Shown piece by piece: positions 24,731-36,439 of a DNA stretch of 64,000 bases. Origin of the DNA: Octopus bimaculoides (Eukaryota); the NCBI RefSeq assembly GCF_001194135.2, contig NC_068981.1:176944561-177008560 (forward strand). The letters are read 5' to 3'. The translations under genes were made by a program, and so were the position numbers. A model generated the notes under the pieces. It ran no database searches, had not been told where the DNA came from, and saw only the letters and a list, made by a program, of their open reading frames with translations. The number at the start of each line of letters is the position of its first letter. The stretch's first letter is position 1.

Positions 24731-24769
24731 GTTGTTGTGGCGAGCTGGTAGAGTCATTAGCATGCTGGA

Positions 24770-25470
<701 letters not shown>

Positions 25471-25743
25471 TAGCATGATGGGCAAAATTCTTAACAGCAT
25501 TTCATCTATCTTTGCATTCTGTGTTCAAATTCTGCCAAGGAGGGATCCAATGGTGATCCAAAATACACCATACTCAACACAAGCCAATATGGGTAGGTGG
25601 TCATCTCTCATTTTCAGCTTGAGTAAGACTGAAAGAGGGATGCATGAATGCACATGGCCTGTGAGTGCCTGGAAGCAGTCTCAGGCTGGATCCTCTCGGT
25701 CACTGAACTTATTTTATATGATAGCCAGTAATGAACCCCAAAT

Positions 25744-25995
25744 GAACACCCAGAAGGCGGGCGAGCTGGCAGACAAGGCGGCAAAGCTGGCAGAAATGTT
25801 AACACGCCGGGCGAAATGCTTAGTGGTATTTCATCTGAGTTCAAATTTCGCCGAGGTTGACTTTGCCTTTCATCCTTTCGGGGTCGATTAAATAAGTACC
25901 AGTTATGCACTGGGGTCGATATAATCGACTTAATCCATTTGTCTGACCTTGTTTGTCCCCTCTATGTTTAGCCCATTGTGGGCAATAAAGAAATA
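25744..25995 (+). mobile_element. SINE family B with duplicated 5' end
   Basis: Perfect 17-bp TSD AGTAATGAACCCCAAAT at 25727-25743 and 25996-26012. AGCTGGCAGA occurs twice at the 5' end. Confidence 0.92.
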
Positions 25996-26436
25996 AGTAA
26001 TGAACCCCAAATTTCCAAGCTGCACACATTCTTACTTCTTCTGAATGATTACAAGGATTATGCTGTGTGCAGTCAAATGGGATAGTAATATTGTTCCAGA
26101 AAGGTCCAAATCACAAAGTAAAGACAATCTTTATGGATTTATGTAGTTGCAAGGCAAACTTCTTAACTGCTGATTCATTTCACATTACATGCTCCCATTC
26201 AGTTTCTAATCAATTTTGATTTTGAAGTTGTCTCCCTTTTCTTTTGATAAGAATAATCATTAACATTTATTTTTCTTTCATTACTGGAGAAACTTCAACT
26301 GATTAGAATATGGTAGGAAAAGGCTTACCATATTTAGCATTAGTTCCTCTCTCTCTCTCTTTTCTTTTCACTATTTTTCATACCTACAAGAGTATGGCTT
26401 TATATTCACAGAATAACCACTACACCATATGCCCAC

Positions 26437-26707
26437 GGGCATGTGACATAGTGGTTAAGAGCACAGGTTACTAACCACAAGATTCCAAGTTCGATTCCAG
26501 GCAGTGACCTGAATAATAATAATAATAACATTGAAAAATACCTTAAGAATGAGAACCCAGGTTCGAAATTTCCCCAAGACACCTGATGAAGGCTGGAGGG
26601 TATATCAGCCGAAATGTTGTGTTAACAACAAACAAGATGAGGACAAATATCTGTCAAATGTAAATAATGTAAATAATATACATAATTCCTCATCTCTTAA
26701 ATATAGA
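26437..26707 (+). mobile_element. tRNA-headed SINE with (AAT)n linker and hammerhead-containing body
   Basis: A-box-like TGACATAGTGG, B-box GTTCGATTCC (26489-26498), (AAT)n, then the hammerhead motif. No poly(A) tail or TSD seen. Confidence 0.7.
26578..26623 (+). ncRNA. Type I minimal hammerhead ribozyme-like motif
   Basis: Stem I GACAC/GTGTT, core CTGATGA(A), stem II GGCTG/CAGCC, GAAA, then TGT-T (canonical CGT-H with one C>T). Confidence 0.7.
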
Positions 26708-28394
26708 TCTGAAACAGGTTGTTGTAACATACAGATTTTTCACAAGAACATTAGCAGCTCTTAAATCATAAGTGAAATATCTCTTCTATCAAGAATTCTG
26801 AAGCAGGCTGCCCTGTATAGAAGAAGAAAATATTGATTCTTCATGTTTATCTGATGTCTTATTGGTGCTTATTGCTTCTTAGCACTGGATCTTTATACAA
26901 AGAAACTCTAATATAAACTCTTTAGCAACAGTCAAATGCTCAGTTCATGTCTTTTTTCAAAATCTTTTTAATATCTAAATTGCTGTGGATTATCCATAAT
27001 TAGTTTTAATAATTAACTAATGGGCAGGCAACATCTAATCAAATTCATGATGGTATTTCACAGATTGATAGTGTGGGTTATGGTCTAGCTGTTTCCCATT
27101 CATATAACAGTGTTTACAATTTATATTAATACCCATTTTTGTCAGCTTTGGGGGATAAGAGCTATGTCATCTAAAGACAAAGTATGAAATCAAAAAGTAA
27201 GCTATCAAGCAACTGGTCAATAACACTGTCTGAGGCATCAACTTGGCTATTTAAGCAGTTAACAACACTGCTGTCAGTTTATATGATAGGATAAAAATGT
27301 AATTGTAATATCCCAGTGAATGCATGACTCAAACTATAAGCATTTCATGTAAACACTACACATATCATGATTCTCTAAAGAAGAGATGAGGTTAATTTAT
27401 TTTCTGAATTTCTGAAAGGGGCTGGGAAGGCAGAAGTGCTATTAATTTGCATTCCTTATTGCAAATTTGCTTTGCTGGCCTCATCATCTTACTAAATCAG
27501 CTTTTCCATCTTTCACCATCCCTACTAAATCTATTTCTACACCTCCACCTCACACACATACACTAAATAGAATGCATAATTCTTCCTTCTCCCAAAACAT
27601 CCTTTGTTTTCATGCTAAATTAGAAATGCTTATTTTTTTTTTTTTTTCTTCTTTGCCTTCCTATTTTGAGCTGAGGGTCCTGATTTACTCTCCTTTTTTC
27701 TTTGGTTTTTCTTCTAAAGGATGGCAGGTGTGTCAATTGGTTGACCTCTAATACAAAACACCTCCAAACTAAGGGGTTAGTATGCCAACAGTTACTGCAT
27801 AATCTACAAAGGTTGTGATCTGTTTAAGTCCATTGATCCATGAAGAGTTTATTTTTTCCAAGTATCCAACCGTATGATACAACTGTTTACACTTGAAAGA
27901 TGTTTTGTTCCAATCAGAATGTCATTTTTCCAGCTGCTAAAAGATTTTTTTTTTTATATATAAAGATAATACAGTTTTATGTATGTATATACATATATGT
28001 GTGACTATTTTTGTTTTCGTTTTAGCACAGATTTTTTTGAGCAGATCAACAAAGGGTGTCATTCAAAATGTTCATGATATTGATAAATGTTTCTTCAGTT
28101 CATTCTTAAACTGTATTGAGAAACAAAGCTTAAATTCTCCTGTGGCTTAAATCCTATTCATAAAAGACTACCTCTCCTTGTCTATCTCTTTCCTTAACAT
28201 AAATATTCATAGAAATAAACACACATGCACGCACACACACAACTAAAATCTCAAAGAGTGTGAGATGGGAGAAAGAAGGAAAAGAGAATAAAATGCTAAA
28301 GGTAAACATCATTTCTGTCCAATAATCACATTTCTTTGCTTATTCTACTACAATGCACCATGCTTTTTTCCTTCTTATAGGTACAGATTGTGGA

Positions 28395-28775
28395 TACTCT
28401 TTTACTTGTTTCAATCATTTGACTGCGGCCATGCCGGAGCACTGCCTTTTAGTCGAGCATATTGACCCCAGGAGTTATTCTTTGTAAGCCTAGTACTTAT
28501 TCTATCGGTCTCTTTTTGCCGAACTGCTAAGTTATGGGGACGTAAACACACCAGCATCGATTGTCAAGCAATGGTGGGGGGACAAACACAGACACAAACA
28601 TATATATATATATACGACGGGCTTCTTTCAGTTTCCGTCTACCAAATCCACTCACAAGGCTTTGGTCGGCCCGAGGCTATAGTAGAAGACACTTGCCCAA
28701 GGTGCCACGCAGTGGGACTGAACCCGGAACTAGGTGGTTGGTAAGCAAGCTACTTACTTACCACACAGCCACTCC
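28395..28775 (-). mobile_element. SINE family A, young full copy
   Basis: Reverse complement of GGAGTGGCTGTGTGG...GGGTTCAGTCCCACTGCGTGGCACC...GACTGAAACAAGTAAAAGAGTA. Confidence 0.92.
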
Positions 28776-30087
28776 TGTTGACAATTTTTTTCTTTTTTTT
28801 TTTTTATAAATAAACCCTGTTTAGGAGAGAAGAATCGATAATAACCTCCCTGAATTGAACATCCGACATTTTACTTCAACTTTCCAGAACAACCAAAGGT
28901 TAACAAAGACAATCCTAACAAGATTCAAACTAAGTGTCTTTTGAAATCCTGACTGATATTTTATGACCCTAATATGTTGAATATCATGGTAAAATTATTC
29001 TTAACAAGAACATTGATATTAGTTTTAATTTATTTGGATCAATTCATGATAAATACATCTATTTTCTGTTATTACTTTAGCTACTCTAGATCTACCAACC
29101 ATTGTTAATTCTTCTGTATGCTAATGTCAGTGATTTTAAAATATCATACTTGCTTTCCTTCATAATTTGTATCTTTAAAGCAACCGAATCCATTAAGCTT
29201 TAGGACAAAATTTATAACTATAATTCAATCATTAAAGCATTTTGTTTATCTTTTTATTTTCTAGTCTTTATCAGTTCCAATATTTTAAGCAGGATATATT
29301 GACCCAATTTCCTATATCTATTATTATGATTTTTATTTTTAATCTCTTTACAAACCTCTCAGACTAAACCTACCAACTATTATGGCGTATTATGAATTTT
29401 TGTCACCAGCAATAATTGTCACTTTACTTTTCCATTTCTTTCATGTTCCATTACAGAACTGTTTTTTATGAGGAACCTGGAAGCCATTTTGAATATGAAA
29501 TAGATTTTGCTAGTCTAATGTATTTAGTTTTATCACTTCTACCTTTCTCACTAGATTTGTAATTTTTCTTTTATTTAATGTTTCACTTTCATTACTAATA
29601 AATGTGTTAATGCAAACAAGCTACTGGCAGAAATAAAACAGAAAATATTCAATAGCAATATGGCAAAATTTTCACGACAGAAGCAAATAAGTTATCCATT
29701 TCTCTTATGCTGGTTCTATATTGGTTACATGCCAAATACCATTTAAGTTATCATATTTTCATAAGTTGGTTAAACAAATTTTATCATCTGATAAAACAAA
29801 TCAAGTCAATAGCTTTTCACAAGATCAGAAGTGGGGAACCTTCTTAGTACCAGGGTAGAATTGCAAGTCCATCAGAACTTGTAGGGATACGTACAGGCTG
29901 AGAAAATAATGAATCTTAATTTTATGGATTCATAGCTGTTCAACTTACATTAATTAGTCTTAAGGATTAAACATTTTTTTTTATTGTCAAATAGGTTGTT
30001 TTAGAGACATCATGTGCAAGCTGTTTCAGATTTGATGCAGCTGAAATATTACTCAAGGGCAAGGAGTTTCTTATCCATGCTCTAAGC

Positions 30088-30184
30088 CAGTGGTTTTCAA
30101 TTGAGGTCCAAATGGCCCTTTCAGGGCCATGAATTTTAACGTGATATGATATTACAAGTAAGGGGTAGGTAGATAAACAAACAA

Positions 30185-30271
<87 letters not shown>

Positions 30272-30476
30272 GGTACACAGACAGACAGACAGGTAGGTAG
30301 TTATGTTTCTATAATACACAAAATATTTAAACATTTTTGTTTAATATTTAAACATAATATTTAATCATAAAAATATCGTAGGAGTTTTTAGACACTGAAT
30401 GGCAATGAGGGTCCCACCCACTGAGTAAAACAGGAACCAAAGGGGTCCATAGGCAAAAAAGGGTTGAGAACCACTG
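30088..30476 (-). mobile_element. hAT (Charlie-like) MITE with internal (GACA)n
   Basis: TIRs CAGTGGTTTTCAAT / GTTGAGAACCACTG and TSD CTCTAAGC / CTCTAAAC (7/8). Same family as 6340-6668. Confidence 0.85.
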
Positions 30477-30845
30477 CTCTAAACAATCAGTTTTGAAGTA
30501 AGGTATCCTTAGAGCATTATAACAATTTTGGTAAAAAAAAAAAAAATGACATGTCCATAGAACAAAACTTGATGTCAACAAAAATTCGACTTTCTCTTGT
30601 GAAACTCAAATCAAATTCTTTTTCAATTGAACTATATCAATTTCTGAAAGATTATAGATTAGAGTAACTATTATCATGTCTGGTTTTCTGCAGACTGCTT
30701 TTGATCACCAAATTTCTGTTTAAGAATTTTCAAATATTTCAACAGGTTCAAATGTTTATTTCTTTTTTAATATATCACATAAATTTTACCTTGAAGAATT
30801 GCAATGAATTTTAACAATGTGAAATGATATTATAAGTAAAAGGTA

Positions 30846-30856
30846 GATAGATACAC

Positions 30857-30940
<84 letters not shown>

Positions 30941-30950
30941 TGATAGATAA
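30846..30950. repeat. (GATA)n/(GACA)n microsatellite
   Basis: Visible directly. Confidence 0.95.
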
Positions 30951-31287
30951 ATAGAGGGGGAGGGAGAGAGAGAAAACTTTCATGTAAGAATAGTTGTATT
31001 TCAATATATACTTGTGTCAATATTTTCATTTCTACACCAATTTGCATATATACAACCTACTTGAACATTGATAAGTAAGCATACAGAATAATATTCTATA
31101 AAAACTAACAACTTCCAATTTCCCAACAGGCTGCAAGTCCTCAAACACTAAGAATAACAACACTGGCTCTTTACTACTAAGCTGTAGAACATGAGTGTTG
31201 AGTTTAGACTAGATATTCCCATAGAAGATCTCTGAAGACTATTCTGAATGAGAAACATGCTAATATATACATTAATGTAAGTGTATA

Positions 31288-31866
31288 TCACCATCATCAT
31301 CATTTAACGTCCGCTTTCCATGCTAGCATGGGTTGGACGATTTGACTGAGGACTGGCGAACCAGATGGCTACACCAGGTTTCAATCTGATCTGGCAGAGT
31401 TTCTACAGCTGGATGCCCTTCCTAACGCCAACCACTCAGAGAGTGTAGTAGGTGCTTTTACGTGCCACCGGCACGAAGGCCAGTTAGGCGGTACTGGCAA
31501 CGGCCACGCTCAAAATGGTGTATTTTACGTGCCACCTGCACAGGAGCCAGTCCAGCGATACTGGCAATGTCCTCGCTCAAATGTCTTTTCACGTGCCACC
31601 GGCACAAGTGCCTATAAGGTGACGCTGGTAATGATCACGCTCAAATGGTGCTTTTTACATGCCACTGGCATGGAAGCCAGACAGCTGCTCTGGCAATGAT
31701 CACGCTTGGACGGTGCTCTTAGCGCTCCACTGGTACAGGTACCAACATAATTTTGATTTCACTTGCCTCAACAAGTCTTCGCAAGTGGAGTTTAGTGTCC
31801 AATGAAGGAAAGGTACGCATAAGTGGGCTGGCTACACCCCTGGCAGAGGCCTCGGATTATGGTCTT
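31288..31866 (-). mobile_element. Retroposon family C, longest copy
   Basis: (CAT)n tail, family C 3' region, four ~65-bp subrepeats and a unique 5' region. Confidence 0.9.
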
Positions 31867-32807
31867 GTGTATATATATGCATGTATGTAACTAACTAACC
31901 AACTAACTGGTTATTTCAGAGCCACTAACATTAATGATCTTTTCTTGTGTTGGTTGGTGTTTGGTGAAAGACATCATCTATCAAATAGGTACCAATTAAT
32001 ACGAAGAAGATGAAAATAAAAAAAAATGTTTGATAATATCCACTGTTCGGAAAATGCTTCTTAAGAATCAATCAACATCATCATCATTTCAACATTCACT
32101 TTTCTATGCTTTGCACAGGCTGGATGGAAGTTATTGAGGTAGAAAAAAAAAGTAAGAAAATCATGATCTTCATCCTCTTTGTCTGTAGAAATCATAATTA
32201 ATCAACTGCAGAAAGATGAAAATTAAAGCTAACCTTGGTCAGATTTGAACTTTAAACATAGAGCTCTGAAATAAATACTGCAAGTCATTTTATCTGCTGT
32301 TTGTATGATTCTGCCAAAATGCCAAAATGATGTCCTCTTTAGATACAAAATAACAACATTGCAAATTCAAATCCATTATAACGAAATGGCACTGAACTTA
32401 ATCTCTTGGGTCATTTACCAAAATACCTTGTAAATGTATTCCCTAAGCCAGAAAACTAAACAAATATGAGTCTCTATGAATACAGCTGGATTCTTGACCT
32501 AGCATATGTATGTGATATACGTGTACGTTTGATGGTATGTTTATATGCATGTGTGAATGTATTTATATTTGAAAGTATATGTATATATTACTGTCAGTTA
32601 ACACATTTACGAATTAAGTAGGCAGATATATTACATATATACAATCTATTAAATGTTATTTGGCTCATATGATCTGAGTTAGGTAAGCAATGGTCTCAGA
32701 TAAAGTAGAATTTTTTGTATTTTCAATTTGACTTCTTTTGTTTGTTTACTTACATTATTGAGGATGCCTTATTGGAAATAATGTTGGCAAATCATTGTCA
32801 TAATATT

Positions 32808-32975
32808 GGCGCGAGCATGACTGTGTGGTAAGCAGTTTGTTTCCTCACCACATGGTTCCAGATTCAGTTACACTGCATGGCATATTGAACAAGTGTCTTC
32901 TGCTATGGTACCAGACTGACCAAAGCCTTGTAAGTGAATTTGATTGAGAGAAACTGAAAGAACCCCCATCATGTG
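32808..32975 (+). mobile_element. SINE family A, 5' part
   Basis: GACTGTGTGGTAAGCAG...GACCAAAGCCTTGTAAGTG...GAAACTGAAAGAAC. Confidence 0.8.
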
Positions 32976-33884
32976 TTTCAATTGGTATATATTTGAAATA
33001 TAATGAAGTGAATTTTGATTGTATCGTCTGTTAAAATGTTTTTGTTGTTTTTTAATTGTAATTGAATTAAGATTGAATAGTTAATGCTCATGCTCATAAC
33101 ACAGACATTTGAATTAATATTTACAATGCAGTTGTCCTTCCAGATGGAATTTCTTCTTTCTGAACCAATGGATCCTGAAGTTACTTAAAAAAATGATTGT
33201 TATTCACATACCATGGAAGGGAGATTTTAGAGAATAGACAGAAATCAATACAAACCAAGCAAGCAACAAGCAATGACCCTGATGAACTCATCTATATTAT
33301 TATTTTCAAAATGAGGGATCATATACGGTGCAAATCTAAACTTTATCAATACTTTTAGAAGTAACAAACAACATTGTTGTAATAAGAATACTATTTATAA
33401 ACTATACAAAATAAATATAGAAGATTACTATTAGTTAATTTAAACAATAACTTTTTCATACTAATTAATTTAAATAGATAAAAGAGTTGTTGTATTGAAG
33501 ATGTCATTGTTTATATTTTTTTTTTGTTGTAGTTACACGCAGGAGAAGACTTAGATACTTAATTATATACATTTATATACATTTATATACACACATATAT
33601 TATTATTGTATGCTGTGATGACAAGTGACTATCTTGGACATGAAATAGTTTCAACTGGTATGTGTTTGAGATATTATGAAGTGAATTTTGATGGTTGTGG
33701 ACTGCATTTACTTGATTGTATCGTCTGTTAAAATGTTGTTTTTTTTTTTTAATTGTAATTGAATTAAGATTGAATAATTAATGCTCAGGCTCATAACACA
33801 GACATTTGAATTAATTTTTACAATCCAGTTGTCCTTTCAGACGGAATTACATCTTTCTGAACCAATGGACCCTGAAGTGACTTA
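32975..33884. repeat. Local direct duplication of ~210 bp (32975-33186 and 33648-33884)
   Basis: Colinear near-identical blocks. The second copy has a short extra segment. Confidence 0.9.
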
Positions 33885-35720
33885 TATATAATGGAACTGT
33901 GATTATGCTTATCTGAAAAAATATATATAAGTCGAAACAATTTGTTGGCCTTTTACTGTTTTTATAATTATCTATATAATATTATATTATGTTATATATA
34001 TTCATAGTATTTAATGAAATATTGTAATATAAATAAATTATTTAATGTCAATAAAATATCTTTATATTTAATTTATCTTTATTATTGAATTATACTAATA
34101 TTTATATGGCATCCAACTGAAGTGCCAGTGAACTGGATGTTTAACACACCCCTTTGAAGGATTTCTTTTCCTCGGTTTATTACTTTATATATATATATAT
34201 ATATATNNNNNNNNNNNNNNNNNNNNNNNNNNNNNNNNNNNNNNNNNNNNNNNNNNNNNNNNNNNNNNNNNNNNNNNNNNNNNNNNNNNNNNNNNNNNNN
34301 NNNNNNNNNNNNNNNNNNNNNNNNNNNNNNNNNNNNNNNNNNNNNNNNNNNNNNNNNNNNNNNNNNNNNNNNNNNNNNNNNNNNNNNNNNNNNNNNNNNN
34401 NNNNNNNNNNNNNNNNNNNNNNNNNNNNNNNNNNNNNNNNNNNNNNNNNNNNNNNNNNNNNNNNNNNNNNNNNNNNNNNNNNNNNNNNNNNNNNNNNNNN
34501 NNNNNNNNNNNNNNNNNNNNNNNNNNNNNNNNNNNNNNNNNNNNNNNNNNNNNNNNNNNNNNNNNNNNNNNNNNNNNNNNNNNNNNNNNNNNNNNNNNNN
34601 NNNNNNNNNNNNNNNNNNNNNNNNNNNNNNNNNNNNNNNNNNNNNNNNNNNNNNNNNNNNNNNNNNNNNNNNNNNNNNNNNNNNNNNNNNNNNNNNNNNN
34701 NNNNNNNNNNNNNNNNNNNNNNNNNNNNNNNNNNNNNNNNNNNNNNNNNNNNNNNNNNNNNNNNNNNNNNNNNNNNNNNNNNNNNNNNNNNNNNNNNNNN
34801 NNNNNNNNNNNNNNNNNNNNNNNNNNNNNNNNNNNNNNNNNNNNNNNNNNNNNNNNNNNNNNNNNNNNNNNNNNNNNNNNNNNNNNNNNNNNNNNNNNNN
34901 NNNNNNNNNAAAAAAAAAAAAAACTTTAACGATATTATAAACTATAAAGATTAGTAATTAATCAAATAATATTAATCAAAAATAATCGAAAATATATCAA
35001 CACTATTCCAATCGAAGTTCTAATATTATGTTGAAATGAAACTATAACTTCTAAATAATATAGTGTTAAATAAGTTATCTATTAAAATAATCTATAAAGA
35101 ATCAAATGAATAGTATAAAAACAAGAATACATATTATTTTCAAATAGTAGAAAATCTTTAGCAAAGTGAAAACAGTACTTATCCAAATTTTTCCGTAATT
35201 CTATCAGAGGTAGCTCTAGGTCATCAGTATCCCCCAGGCTCATCACAGATTTCACATAAAACACGTGCCTGGTCAAAGAATTTCATGTTTTCGCACTTTA
35301 TTTCTAGCCCCAAATGAGTTATTTTATATATCTAGCACTATGTCTCTCTATTTCTAAGTTGAGGGTAAAAATAAAACAACCCTGCAAAACCCAACTGATC
35401 TTTACACACAGATACACAGAATAACAGTAATCAAATATCAACAGCGGAGTGCACAACAAACATCAGCAATCTGTCTGAAGAATTTCTGATAGGAGTTGAC
35501 TTACATGTTTCTCTTATGGATACACTTTTGTGAGCCCTATTAGTAAGTGAAACACATGTGATAGTGAATAAATGATACCAAATAAATTTTTTTCCAGTCT
35601 CTTATTTTGATATATAATTACTCTGCAAAAATTATTTTCCAGTATTTTTCAACTACTATGCATACCTCACACAAATATAACATCTCTATGTGACCTTGGA
35701 GTATTGGAATAAGCAAGATA

Positions 35721-35866
35721 TATAGTCATAGCTAAAAGTTTGGATCATAGGTCTAGAAATTAGAATTTTAAATTAAATGCCCAAAGTTATATTTGAATAA
35801 AATTTTTCTTGGGCATAATAATTTTAGTTTTTAAAAAAATGTACCAAACTCCTGGCCATAACTGTA
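35721..35866. mobile_element. Degenerate Tc1-like MITE
   Basis: TATAGTCATAGCTAAAAGTTTGGATCA versus the reverse complement of the right end TACAGTTATGGCCAGGAGTTTGGTACA (19/27, mostly transitions). TA termini. Confidence 0.4.
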
Positions 35867-35943
35867 TGTGTGTGAATATAAATGAAGACAGAAACAAGTC
35901 GATCATATTAAACATTTGTAGGTGTTTGAATCCCAGCATTTAA

Positions 35944-36157
35944 CCCTTTCAATACCAACCCGGCTGAAACTGGCTCTGAGTACAAATGTCTTGTTTTCAT
36001 AAGTTCTGAATCAAAATCTTCCACCAAACCTTAGTCACAATTTGTGTTCCTGACACTAGCTGAATAATAACTAAGTTATTTTACTAAATTTTTTGTTATA
36101 TTTAAAGTAATTGAAAGAAACACAGGACATCTCAAAATAAATACAGTAACGAAAGGG
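35944..36157. mobile_element. piggyBac-like MITE
   Basis: TTAA|CCCTTTC...GAAAGGG|TTTAA termini. Confidence 0.75.
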
Positions 36158-36439
36158 TTTAAAAGATACTAACCTCAAATCAAAGTCTGAACCATATTAA
36201 ACCCATAGGCCACTACAAGTGTTTGGTCATCCTTCACGATATTGCAAGTCTATATCAACAGAACAAATATATATTTGAAGAACTGAGCTCAAAAACATTT
36301 TAAAATGGGACCTCAACTTGTTTTTCCTTCTTCTTTACATTTTGTTTACATTCATTGTGATTTTTTTGCCTCCACTACCAAAACCACCACCACCACCACC
36401 ACCACAACTATCATCATCATCATCATCATCATCATCAGG

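Noticed and set aside
26437-26505. tRNA genes at SINE heads (also 8488, 51556, 59500)
   Set aside because: They have A/B boxes but no complete cloverleaf or terminator, and they continue into repeat bodies.
28075-28110. Excellent - strand acceptor (TTTGTTTCTCAATACAG)
   Set aside because: The best frame stops after 12 codons and there is no donor.
31750-31866. Possible HDV-like ribozyme at the 5' end of family C
   Set aside because: I could not build a convincing P1/P3 double pseudoknot by eye.
33895-33950. Decayed hammerhead-like GCTTAT...ATAAGTCGAAAC
   Set aside because: The CTGANGA core is scrambled and stem I is absent.
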